The notes under the pieces: generated by a model
Seen by the model: the letters and a program-made list of their open reading frames with translations, nothing else
Databases searched by the model: none
Told to the model about the DNA's origin: nothing
Shown here: positions 40,301 through 52,300 of the stretch, one piece after another
Numbering within the stretch: the stretch's first letter is position 1
How the letters are laid out: the number at the start of each line of letters is the position of its first letter
Origin: Ascidiella aspersa
Taxonomy: Eukaryota
DNA: 64,000 nt
NCBI GenBank assembly: GCA_963924565.1
Contig: OZ004613.1
Coordinates: 21,142,001-21,206,000 of the forward strand
Direction: 5' to 3'
Program-made: the position numbers and the translations under genes

Positions 40301-43300
40301 CCGCGTATTATAAATCGCCTGAGAACAAGCCAGATGAAAATGGAGTCTGTTCACATCCAGGACAAAAGCCCGACCCCGTATACGATGATCCAACCGGATG
40401 TTTGGCAAGATGCGTGTGTTATCAATCCGATCAGGTGCTTGGATATTGTGCAGAATATCAGACGGTGCTTGGGGTTTGTCATAGACCCAGAGTGGTGACA
40501 ACCCTAATTCCTGCCGCCGACAATCCAGATTATTATTGCTGTCCCAAGCCGGATTGCCAATGTCCGAATTGTGCTGATGTTCCTAATGCCAAAAATTGTT
40601 CTTTGTGTGAAAAGCGAGTTTTGAATCACACAGATTCATGTTGTGGAGATATATATCGATGTGGTAAGCACTCACTTTATCTTGAACCTTGCAATTGTCT
40701 GATAACAGCGTAAGTATGGCTAAACGTTTACTAACCGCATCTTTAGATCCGCTGGAATGTCCGACCATTACTTGTGGCGCCGATCAACAAAGAGTTCCCA
40801 AAGATGAACAGCCCACACCTTGTTGTACGGAGTACGAATGCCGATGTAAGATCAGTTGAAAGTTTTGGTTTTGTATTTATTTTTGTCAATGTGTGCAACT
40901 GTTTTCTTTTTCCAGGCAAATGTAGCGGTTTGGGTTCAACTTCTTCAACGACGTTTCAATGTAATCAAACTCTTCAATTTACTGGGAACTGTACCTATCT
41001 TTTGACCAAGGTAACCTGTTTTGCAAAATTATTGTAAAAATGAGTAGATTTTGTTGTACAAAACCTTTTATCTAACTTTTTGCTGGGGTTGTATTTCGCG
41101 CTGTTTACTTTAAATAGGCCGACACTGATAAATTTGTGAAAATATGGGAATTTGATTGGAAGGTAACTTTGTGTACTGTATTTTTTAATTGATCCGTTTA
41201 TATTTTAGGAGGTAACTAGTAGTGATTATGAAGTTTTGGTCGAACAAGGTTCATGTAGTGATGTTTATCAATCGGACGTCTACTCGGCCAATCAAATGTG
41301 CTACAAAACACTTATTGTCAAGTATTTTGATAACACCTACAAGTTTCACGTCGTCACAAACGAGGTTTATTTTTTAATTTCTCAATCTAAATAGAAAACT
41401 ATTTGTGTCAGTTACAGTCTATTTTATAGAAATTAATGATACATGACTTCTTATACACTAATTATATTGAAACGAGTTGGCTTAACTTTTTCTGTTTGTT
41501 GTTACATTTTGTCCTATTCGTGTACGTGTATAGGTTACCATGAACGAAACCCCAATTGACTTCAGTAACCAGATCGGAGGAATAAACGCTCATGTTAGCA
41601 CGGTTCTAGTCGGTGGATTGTCGTACATTTCTTTCTTAACCTTAAGTGCGATGGACGGGGGTCTAATCATAACCTACTCAAACCCGAACGTTGCGACAAA
41701 GGCTGGTGCTGTTGGCTTGTTTGAAATCTCTCTTGCATCGAGTAGCACAAGCGGGGGAACATCGGGATTGTGTGGTATGGCACCATTCACTTATTAATAT
41801 TTATTAATTCTAATCTAGAAGGCAGTGTTCAACTATAGTTGTATCGAAATTTTGAAATAAAAAAACACTAATTGTCACAAATTTTTCTGTATAATATTCC
41901 TATGGTCAGTGCGTTAGTTATTTCTTGCAATTTAATCACAATTGGTAATACCGACATCATTTTCTAAGTCTTTATGGCACCTGTTTTTGTTGTGCAACAT
42001 TTCTTACGTTTTTGCATTTTCAATATACTGTGCAGTTTAATTTGAAATGCTATGATTATATAAATCTGGGATAATGAATTTTGGATGTAGTAAAATAAGC
42101 GTTGCGAAGTTGACTTTATCATGAGACTTTTCGATTTGCCTGGCGTTTCATTCTCTTAACGTTTTCTATTTATTTAAGTTCTTGTAGCGTTATGACTAAT
42201 ACATTATATTGGTAGTTATTTTATCTGAGATGTTATGCAATGTTGTTTAAAAATATATACGAATATTCATAAATGTTTGACTATACCGTTGATTTAATTA
42301 TTTGTTTATTTGTAGGTAATTGCAATGGTACCGGTCACAACAACACGGAATGCGCTTCATTACCACCAGTTGTTGAGTCTGAATACATCGAAGATGACAA
42401 TTGCTTGCCTCCATGTGGTACAGGTGAAACTTGCCAAGAACCCAGATGTCAATCAGTCGGTCCGTGTGGCCCTGAATGCAAATCCTGCACAGACTTGGGA
42501 TTTAATGATCCTTGTCAAGTATTGGAGGACGCACTTTTCGGTAGGACATGTTAAAATGTTTTTAATGTACAGATTAAAGATGATAGTTATGATGCGAATG
42601 ATTTGCTTTTTTATTCCTAGGAAAATTGCACTTATTTATGAGGTTGATTTTTATATTTTATTGTTATTTTGTTTGCAGCTAAATGTCATGAAGGGATAGA
42701 CCTGGGTGCTTTGATTGCGTCTTGTCAAGACGATCAATGTTTAAATCCCAATGACCCAAGTTCAGGTGCCGAAGAACAATGCAACGTTTGTGTTTCACGT
42801 TTTATACAACAGCACATAACCGAATGTATAAGCGGCGGGAATTGCGAAGATTATCAAGAAATTCTAAACTGCGAAAAAGGTAATTTTGGTGCGTTTGTCT
42901 CTCAGCTCTCGCAAAATACTTTTCAGTTTTGTTTGCGCTTTTTTAAGTATAGACTTTTTTCATTTAGATTTGTATTCATTATTTTATTGGTAATTAACAG
43001 TTTTGTAATTCTGTATAGATAACGAGACGTGTGAGGATACCGGAAAAGTGTTCGAAAAATGCATTAGCAGTTGTGAAGCACAAACTACGTGTGATGATAT
43101 CACTCAAACCACTGTAAGAGCAAATTATTGTATTTTAGCGCATCTATGAGTTTTTGTGTTAATTAGATAAACATTCATTTTGATATTAGTCGACCTATAT
43201 AAAGCGTTGTCTGCCATCGCATGGTATTTCTTTAGGTTAATTGAATATATTTATATTAAATATGTTGATGTGTTTTCGTTTGCAGACCTCAAATTGCACT

Positions 43301-46300
43301 CATTCTATCGTGTCCGCCTGCGTTTGTCCAGAGGGTTACGTGTTAAAGAGTGACACTGAACAAGTATGCGTCAAAGAGGAATGTAAGTACTCCACTTTGA
43401 TTCGGGGTTAATTTCTAAACAATACGATGTTAAAATTTATTTGCCGTTTAATTTAAATATGTATTAATTATCTCGTTGAAATCAGGTTGCACTTGTCCTG
43501 AAGAACCTGACTGTGATGAAGGACCTAACTATGATCCTATTGTTATTGACACCGATTCTTGTGGTTGTAATGTCTACAGCGTGACATGTGGTATGATTTG
43601 TTTTCAAGTAAACATTTTGAATAAATGACAGGGAATGACTCGTAATTTTGTTCCGTAGGTTGTTCACCGAAATGTACTAATCCAATAACAAACAAAGAAA
43701 TGGAACCTGGACATCACTACAAATATAGCTGTGGCAAGTACGTTTGTCCAAGTTACGATCCCCACACCAATCCAAACTGCGAATCACAGGAAGCCACGTT
43801 TTCGCGTGACGATTGTTTGCATGTAAATTGCTCAAGCAGCAAACTTCCGAAATACCACAACGACCCCGATGAATGCTGTCCAACTGTAACCTGCGAGTGC
43901 CCACCACCAATTACTCCATCACCCGATTGCACTGATCCCTATCAGATACTTACAAACACAAGTGGAGAATGTCCGACGGAAACGTGTAAGTGCCAATGTC
44001 CACCAGTCGGAGTAAACTGTTCGTCGAGTCCTGGTTGTCGCGTGGTGCCTACAAATAACGTTACGTCAACTATTTGCGGATGCATCGAGAGTTGGGAATG
44101 CGTTCCCGACCCCGATCTGTGTCCACCTGTTACACATTGCAGCACTTGTGAAAATCGAACGAAGGTGGAGACTGTGCCTGGTTCCGGGGAATGTGAGGCC
44201 GACTGCGATCTTTACAGATGTGATCCGAAACCTTGTCCCAGCTATTCACAACCAGAACTACCCTGTCCAAAATATCATCGCGAGATTCCAACTTACGCTG
44301 CCAGCGACACCGACAAATGTTGTCCGATGGAGAAGTGCGAATGCAAATCAGTAGGCGACCTTAAGGCGGAATGTGATCAATGGTATGATTATGAATGTGA
44401 AGACGATTACCTGAGAAATAGGACGAACGATAAAACGGAATGCTGTCCTGAGTATGAGTGTATTTGTAACCAAGCAAATTGTCCACCTCCTGTTAATTGT
44501 TCTTGGTTGACACTTGAAACACACTGGCCTCCGCCGTATGCAACTGGCGCCCACGAAGATGTTTGTTGTGCATCATACAACTGCACCTGTGTTGATGTTC
44601 CTTGTCCTCCGTACAACGAAACTTGTCCGCAATATCAAAAAGTCAGCAGTCGAGACAACACCACTAACCCTTGTTGCCCGACTCACAGCTGTGTTTGCGA
44701 CCCTGATCAGTATCCCGCGTATTATAAATCGCCTGAGAACAAGCCAGATGAAAATGGAGTCTGTTCACATCCAGGACAAAAGCCCGACCCCGTATACGAT
44801 GATCCAACCGGATGTTTGGCAAGATGCGTGTGTTATCCATCCGATCAGGTGCTTGGATATTGTGCAGAATATCAGACGGTGCTTGGGGTTTGTCATATAC
44901 CCAGAGTGGTGACAACCCTAATTCCTGCCGCCGACAATCCAGATTATTATTGCTGTCCCAAGCCGGATTGCCAATGTCCGAATTGTGCTGATGTCCCTAA
45001 TGCCAAAAATTGTTCTTTGTGTGAAAAGCGAGTTTTGAATCACACAGATTCATGTTGTGGAGATATATATCGTTGTGGTAAGCACTCACTTTATCTTGAA
45101 CCTTGCAATTGTCTGATAACACCGTAAGTATGGCTAAACGTTTAATAACCGCATCTTTAGATCCGCTGGAATGTCCGACCATAACTTGTGGCGCCGACCA
45201 ACAAAGAGTTCCCAAAGATGAACAGCCCACACCTTGTTGTACGGAGTACGAATGCCGATGTAAGATCAATTGAAAATTTTAATTTTGTATTTATTTTTGT
45301 CAATGTATGCAACTGTTTTCTTTTTCCAGGCAAATGTAGCGGTTTGGGTTCAACTTCTTCAACGACGTTTCAATGTAATCAAACTCTTCAATTTACTGGG
45401 AACTGTACCTATCTTTTGACCAAGGTAACCTGTTTTGCAAAATTATTGTAAAAATGAGTAGATTTTGTTGTACAAAACCTTTTATCTAACTTTTTGCTGG
45501 GGTTGTATTTCGCGCTGTTTACTTTAAATAGGCCGACACTGATAAATTTGTGAAAATATGGGAATTTGATTGGAAGGTAACTTTGTGTACTGTATTTTTT
45601 AATTGATCCGTTTATATTTTAGGAGGTAACTAGTAGTGATTATGAAGTTTTGGTCGAACAAGGTTCATGTAGTGATGTTTATCAATCGGACGTCTACTCG
45701 GCCAATCAAATGTGCTACAAAACACTTATTGTCAAGTATTTTGATAACACCTACAAGTTTCACGTCGTCACAAACGAGGTTTATTTTTTAATTTCTCAAT
45801 CTAAATAGAAAACTATTAGTGTCAGTTACAGTCTATTTTATAGAAATTAATGATACATGACTTCTTATACACTAATTATATTGAAACGAGTTGGCTTAAC
45901 TTTTTCTGTTTGTTGTTACATTTTGTCCTATTCGTGTACGTGTATAGGTTACCATGAACGAAACCCCAATTGACTTCAGTAACCAGATCGGAGGAATAAA
46001 CGCTCATGTTAGCACAGTTCTAGTCGGTGGATTGTCGTACATTTCTTTCTTAAGCTTAAGTGCGATGGACGGGGGTCTAATCATAACCTACTCAAACCCG
46101 AACGTTGCGACAAAGGCTGGTGCTGTTGGCTTGTTTGAAATCTCTCTTGCATCGAGTAGCACAAGCGGGGGAACATCGGGATTGTGTGGTATGGCACCAT
46201 TCACTTATTAATATTTATTAATTCTAATCTAGAAGGCAGTGTTCAACTATAGTTGTATCGAAATTTTGAAATAAAAAAACACTAATTGTCACAAATTTTT

Positions 46301-49300
46301 CTGTATAATATTCCTATGGTCAGTGCGTTAGTTATTTCTTGCAATTTAATCACAATTGGTAATACCGACATCATTTTCTAAGTCTTTATGGCACCTGTTT
46401 TTGTTGTGCAACATTTCTTACGTTTTTGCATTTTCAATATACTGTGCAGTTTAATTTGAAATGCTATGATTATATAAATCTGGGATAATGAATTTTGGAT
46501 GTAGTAAAATAAGCGTTGCGAAGTTGACTTTATCATGAGACTTTTCGATTTGCCTGGCGTTTCATTCTCTTAACGTTTTCTATTTATTTAAGTTCTTGTA
46601 GCGTTATGACTAATACATTATATTGGTAGTTATTTTATCTGAGATGTTATGCAATGTTGTTTAAAAATATATACGAATATTCATAAATGTTTGACTATAC
46701 CGTTGATTTAATTATTTGTTTATTTGTAGGTAATTGCAATGGTACCGGTCACAACAACACGGAATGCGCTTCATTACCACCAGTTGTTGAGTCTGAATAC
46801 ATCGAAGATGACACTTGCTTGCCTTCATGTGGTACAGGTGAAACTTGCCAAGAACCCAGATGTCAATCAGTCGGTCCGTGTGGCCCTGAATGCAAATCCT
46901 GCACAGACTTGGGATTTAATGATCCTTGTCAAGTATTGGAGGACGCACTTTTCGGTAGGACATGTTAAAATGTTTTTAATGTACAGATTAAAGATGATAG
47001 TTATGATGCGAATGATTTGCTTTTTTATTCCTAGGAAAATTGCACTTATTTATGAGGTTGATTTTTATATTTTATTGTTATTTTGTTTGCAGCTAAATGT
47101 CATGAAGGGATAGACCTGGGTGCTTTGATTGCGTCTTGTCAAGACGATCAATGTTTAAATCCCAATGACCCAAGTTCAGGTGCCGAAGAACAATGCAACG
47201 TTTGTGTTTCACGTTTTATACAACAGCACATAACCGAATGTATAAGCGGCGGGAATTGCGAAGATTATCAAGAAATTCTAAACTGTGAAAAAGGTAATTT
47301 TGGTTCGTTTGTCTCTCAGCTTTCGCAAAATACTTTTCAGTTTAGGTTGCGGTTTTTTAAGTATAGACCTTTTTCATTTAGATTTGTATTCATTATTTTA
47401 TTGGTAATTAACAGTTTTGTAATTCTGTATAGATAACGAGACGTGTGAGGATACCGGAAAAGTGTTCGAAAAATGCATTAGCAGTTGTGAAGCACAAACT
47501 ACGTGTGATGATATCACTCAAACCACTGTAAGAGCAAATTATTGTATTTTAGCGCATCTATGAGTTTTTGTGTTAATTAGATAAACATTCATTTTGATAT
47601 TAGTCGACCTATATAAAGCGTTGTCTGCCATCGCATGGTATTTCTTTAGGTTAATTGAATATATTTATATTAAATATGTTGATGTGTTTTTGTTTGCAGA
47701 CCTCAAATTGCACTCATTCTATCGTGTCCGCCTGCGTTTGTCCAGAGGGTTACGTGTTAAAGAGTGACACTGAACAAGTATGCGTCAAAGAGGAATGTAA
47801 GTACTCCACTTTGATTCGGGGTTAATTTCTAAACAATACGATGTTAAAATTTATTTGCCGTTTAATTTAAATATGTATTAATTATCTCGTTGAAATCAGG
47901 TTGCACTTGTCCTGAAGAACCTGACTGTGATGAAGGACCTAACTATGATCCTATTGTTATTGACACCGATTCTTGTGGTTGTAATGTCTACAGCGTGACA
48001 TGTGGTATGATTTGTTTTCAAGTAAACATTTTGAATAAATGACAGGGAATGACTCGTAATTTTGTTCCGTAGGTTGTTCACCGAAATGTACTAATCCAAT
48101 AACAAACAAAGAAATGGAACCTGGACATCACTACAAATATGGCTGTGGCAAGTACGTTTGTCCAAGTTACGATCCCCACACCAATCCAAACTGCGAATCA
48201 CAGGAAGCCACGTTTTCGCGTGACGATTGTTTGCATGTAAATTGCTCAAGCAGCAAACTTCCGAAATACCACAACGACCCCGATGAATGCTGTCCAACTG
48301 TAACCTGCGAGTGCCCACCACCAATTACTCCATCACCCGATTGCACTGATCCCTATCAGATACTTACAAACACAAGTGGAGAATGTCCGACGGAAACGTG
48401 TAAGTGCCAATGTCCACCAGTCGGAGTAAACTGTTCGTCGAGTCCTGGTTGTCGCGTGGTGCCTTCAAATAACGTTACGTCAACTATTTGCGGATGCATC
48501 GAGAGTTGGGAATGCGTTCCCGACCCCGATCTGTGTCCACCTGTTACACATTGCAGCACTTGTGAAAATCGAACGAAGGTGGAGACTGTGCCTGGTTCCG
48601 GGGAATGTGAGGCCGACTGCGATCTTTACAGATGTGATCCGAAACCTTGTCCCAGCTATTCACAACCAGAACTACCCTGTCCAAAATATCATCGCGAGAT
48701 TCCAACTTACGCTGCCAGCGACACCGACAAATGTTGTCCGATGGAGAAGTGCGAATGCAAATCAGTAGGCGACCTTAAGGCGGAATGTGATCAATGGTAT
48801 GATTATGAATGTGAAGACGATTACCTGAGAAATAGGACGAACGATAAAACGGAATGCTGTCCTGAGTATGAGTGTATTTGTAACCAAGCAAATTGTCCAC
48901 CTCCTGTTAATTGTTCGTGGTTGACACTTGAAACACACTGGCCTCCGCCGTATGCAACTGGCGCCCACGAAGATGTTTGTTGTGCATCATACAACTGCAC
49001 CTGTGTTGATGTTCCTTGTCCTCCGTACAACGAAACTTGTCCGCAATATCAAAAAGTCAGCAGTCGAGACAACACCACTAACCCTTGTTGCCCGACTTAC
49101 AGCTGTGTTTGTGACCCTGATCAGTATCCCGCGTATTATAAATCACCTGAGAACAAGCCAGATGAAAATGGAGTCTGTTCACATCCAGGACAAAAGCCCG
49201 ACCCCGTATACGATGATCCAACCGGATGTTTGGCAAGATGCGTGTGTTATCCATCCGATCAGGTGCTTGGATATTGTGCAGAATATCAGACGGTGCTTGG

Positions 49301-52300
49301 GGTTTGTCATAGACCCAGAGTGGTGACAACCCTAATTCCTGCCGCCGACAATCCAGATTATTATTGCTGTCCCAAGCCGGATTGCCAATGTCCGAACTGT
49401 GGAGAAGAATATGTGTCAAAGTTAGAATTAGAAGCACAGCTTGAGCCTGGTGAGATCGTGTTACCCAAAGAGCCTTTATCCGAGTGTTGTCAAGAATACG
49501 AAAAGAGGTGCGACCCGGATGCCGAAACTAGACCGGACTGTGTCAGCTTGAAGCCAACATGTCCTGTTGGCTACAAATGGGAGCGCAATCAAACCAAAGT
49601 GGGGTGTTGCCCCGACTATTACTGCGTTTGTGTGCTTGACAATTGTTTCGTACCACCTTGTAATGCTCCAAAGGTTCTTAACAGTACCGAATCGGGTTCA
49701 TGTTGCAAAAACTACACGTGTAAATGCCCGCCCAGCACGGACCCGGTTGTGTGTACTCTGCCCAAGGTCGATGCCTTTACAGAAACAGATTGTCCTCAGA
49801 AGTACTGCAAATGCCCCGACGTGTGCCCCAATGAAGTGACGAGCAATTGCACTAACAAGCCAGGCTGCCGTTCCGTCCCAATCAGCACCGACGAATGTGG
49901 CTGCGCCACAAACTCTACGTGTATTAATGACCCGTCGCCTTGCGAACCGGCACCCAACTGTGCCAACTGCTCTTCGCCAGTGGAAACAGGCAGCGTTGAC
50001 AAAGTGGGAGAATGCAATTCGACTTGCCCGACGTTCAGCTGCGAGCCCGACGAATGCCCGCCCGATCCCATGCCACCACTTTGCCTTTGGAATACGATCA
50101 CTTTCAACCTCACAGACCCGTGCTGTCCTACGAAGGTTGCAATATGCAACACAAAAAAATGCCCGAGCACCACTTGTCCGTCGGGATACGGCAAGCGACC
50201 AATAGAAGGAGAGTACTGGGACAACGACCGTGACTGCGCGCCCGGCCTCACCTGTTGCCCAAAGGAAGAGTGCTTCTGCGACGTCTGTTTGTACAAGGGT
50301 GTCCCACATGTTGTCGGGGACGAGTGGGTCGACATGTCAGAGTCGTGCAACATGCTGATGTGCACGGGTAACCGAACCGGCGATTGCTTTACTGTCATTG
50401 AACGCTTGCCCTTCTGCTGGGTGTACGCACCCAACGGGACTCTCTTAATGCTCACCGTGGGCACACAGCTGCCATATCCCGACGACCCGTGCAAGTCAAC
50501 CGAGTGTCACATTCTAGAAGAAACCTGCCAGACCTACGAGGCGGAAGGAAACGACCAGTGCCCACAGCTGCTCACCTGCGACAGTTACCACAAGCTGGAG
50601 ACAAACCACACATCGGGCGTCTGTTGTCCATCCCAGCAGTGCATTTGCAAACCATGCGGCGGGGATTACCAGTCAAAGCCCGACCGCGACATGATGAGCT
50701 GGGAAACTGAGGTGAACGAAACCTTGAACCAGAATCCAAACCAGATTTGCTGTCCGCGCTCGCAGTTCCAATGCGCGGGCATCGACATCTTGTCCGGGAT
50801 TTGCCCGCAATGGAATTTCACCTGTCCTGTCGGTAAGGAGAGGTTGCGGACGAACCCAGAGGAAGAGTGCTGTCCCGAGTTTATTTGTGTTTGCAAACCC
50901 TGCGCCAAGGTCACAAATCCCGTTCCAATACACGATTGCGAGTACCTGGTAAACAAAACTGTCGAGGAAAACCCGCTGCAGGAGTGCTGTCCAGCAGCCA
51001 GGTTGGAGTGCCACTTAGAGAGTGATTGTTGCGGAAGCGATTACCAAAGCTACGAGCAAGTTAACGCATCTTTGGATGTCGGCGAAGAAATCACCAGTAA
51101 GCCCGAAAGCCACATTTGTTGCCCCATTTACGAACCCAGGTGTATCGATGGGATCGCTTCGAGTGCGACCTGTGCGCCGTACAACGAAACTTGCGAGGTC
51201 GGGTATCGCCACCAGCGAAGCGAATTTAACGTCGGATGCTGTCCGGTATACTACTGCGTGTGCAACGAAACACTGTGCCCGCCCAGGCCAGACTGCCCGG
51301 CGCCCATGAATTACAATGAGACCGGCACTATTGGAGAGTGCTGCAAAACGTGGGAGTGTAAGTGTCCACCTGACACGAATGAAACGCTTGTATGCGTCCC
51401 CCCAGAACAGGTGTTTAACACTACGAGCATTTGCCCGACTCAGTACTGTCGGTGTCCAGAAGCGATCGAATGCCCGTACAACCCTGATGTGGACAACTGT
51501 ACGTCGGCTGCTGGATGTAGGCCCGAGGTAGAAAGCCGTGATTCCTGCGAATGCGTCAACTCGTCTATCTGCGTAAACGATCCAAATCTCTGCCCCGCTG
51601 AGCCTGACTGCGGCGACTGTTTCGAGTCAAAGGACTCCGGCCTTCTTCCGGGTTCGGGCGACTGTGTGGCCACTTGTACAAACTACACTTGTCAGCCTAA
51701 GGCCTGTTGGTCTCCACCAGCTCCGTCGATATGCCAGCTTGAGCAGATCAACACGGTCATTGTTGACTGCTGTCCAGTGCATAGCAAAACCTGCAAACCA
51801 AATGCTTGCCCCAACATTACGTGCCCGGCTGGTTATGTTGGTCGTTTCTACGGCGACTACTACGACGACGACCATGACTGCACCCCTAGTCTGTACTGCT
51901 GCCCAAAGCTGGTTTGTGTGTGCAATGCTTGCTTCGACAACGGCGTCATAAAATCACTGGGAGCTCTGTGGCAGGACCCGAACGACGTGTGCCAGTATAA
52001 AACATGCAGCGCAACTCTGGGAGAAGATAATTGTTACACTGTGCATACCGAGTTTCCAACCTGCATTTCGGGAGGCGAGAAATATCCGGTAAACTCGTCC
52101 TTGCCTACAGGCAACCCGTGCACGCAGGTTGTTTGTCATCAGAACAGGACCAATACGCACTGCATCACCTCTTTCTTAGCTACTACCGTGAAGTGTGGCG
52201 GGCCACCTTTGTGTCCAGAGTTCTATATCCCGAATTCAACTTATCCATTCGGTGTATGCTGTCCTAGCTACACTTGTATATGCAACGAGTGCGGCAGCAA

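Noticed and set aside
30489-45127. Four 475-aa ORFs as independent genes
   Set aside because: Each is an internal exon with an upstream acceptor and a donor before the stop; none has a signal peptide.
27526-49400. Array as a pure assembly duplication
   Set aside because: Each copy has distinguishing substitutions or indels, and the junction exon end is a distinct sequence. The exact copy number still needs read support.
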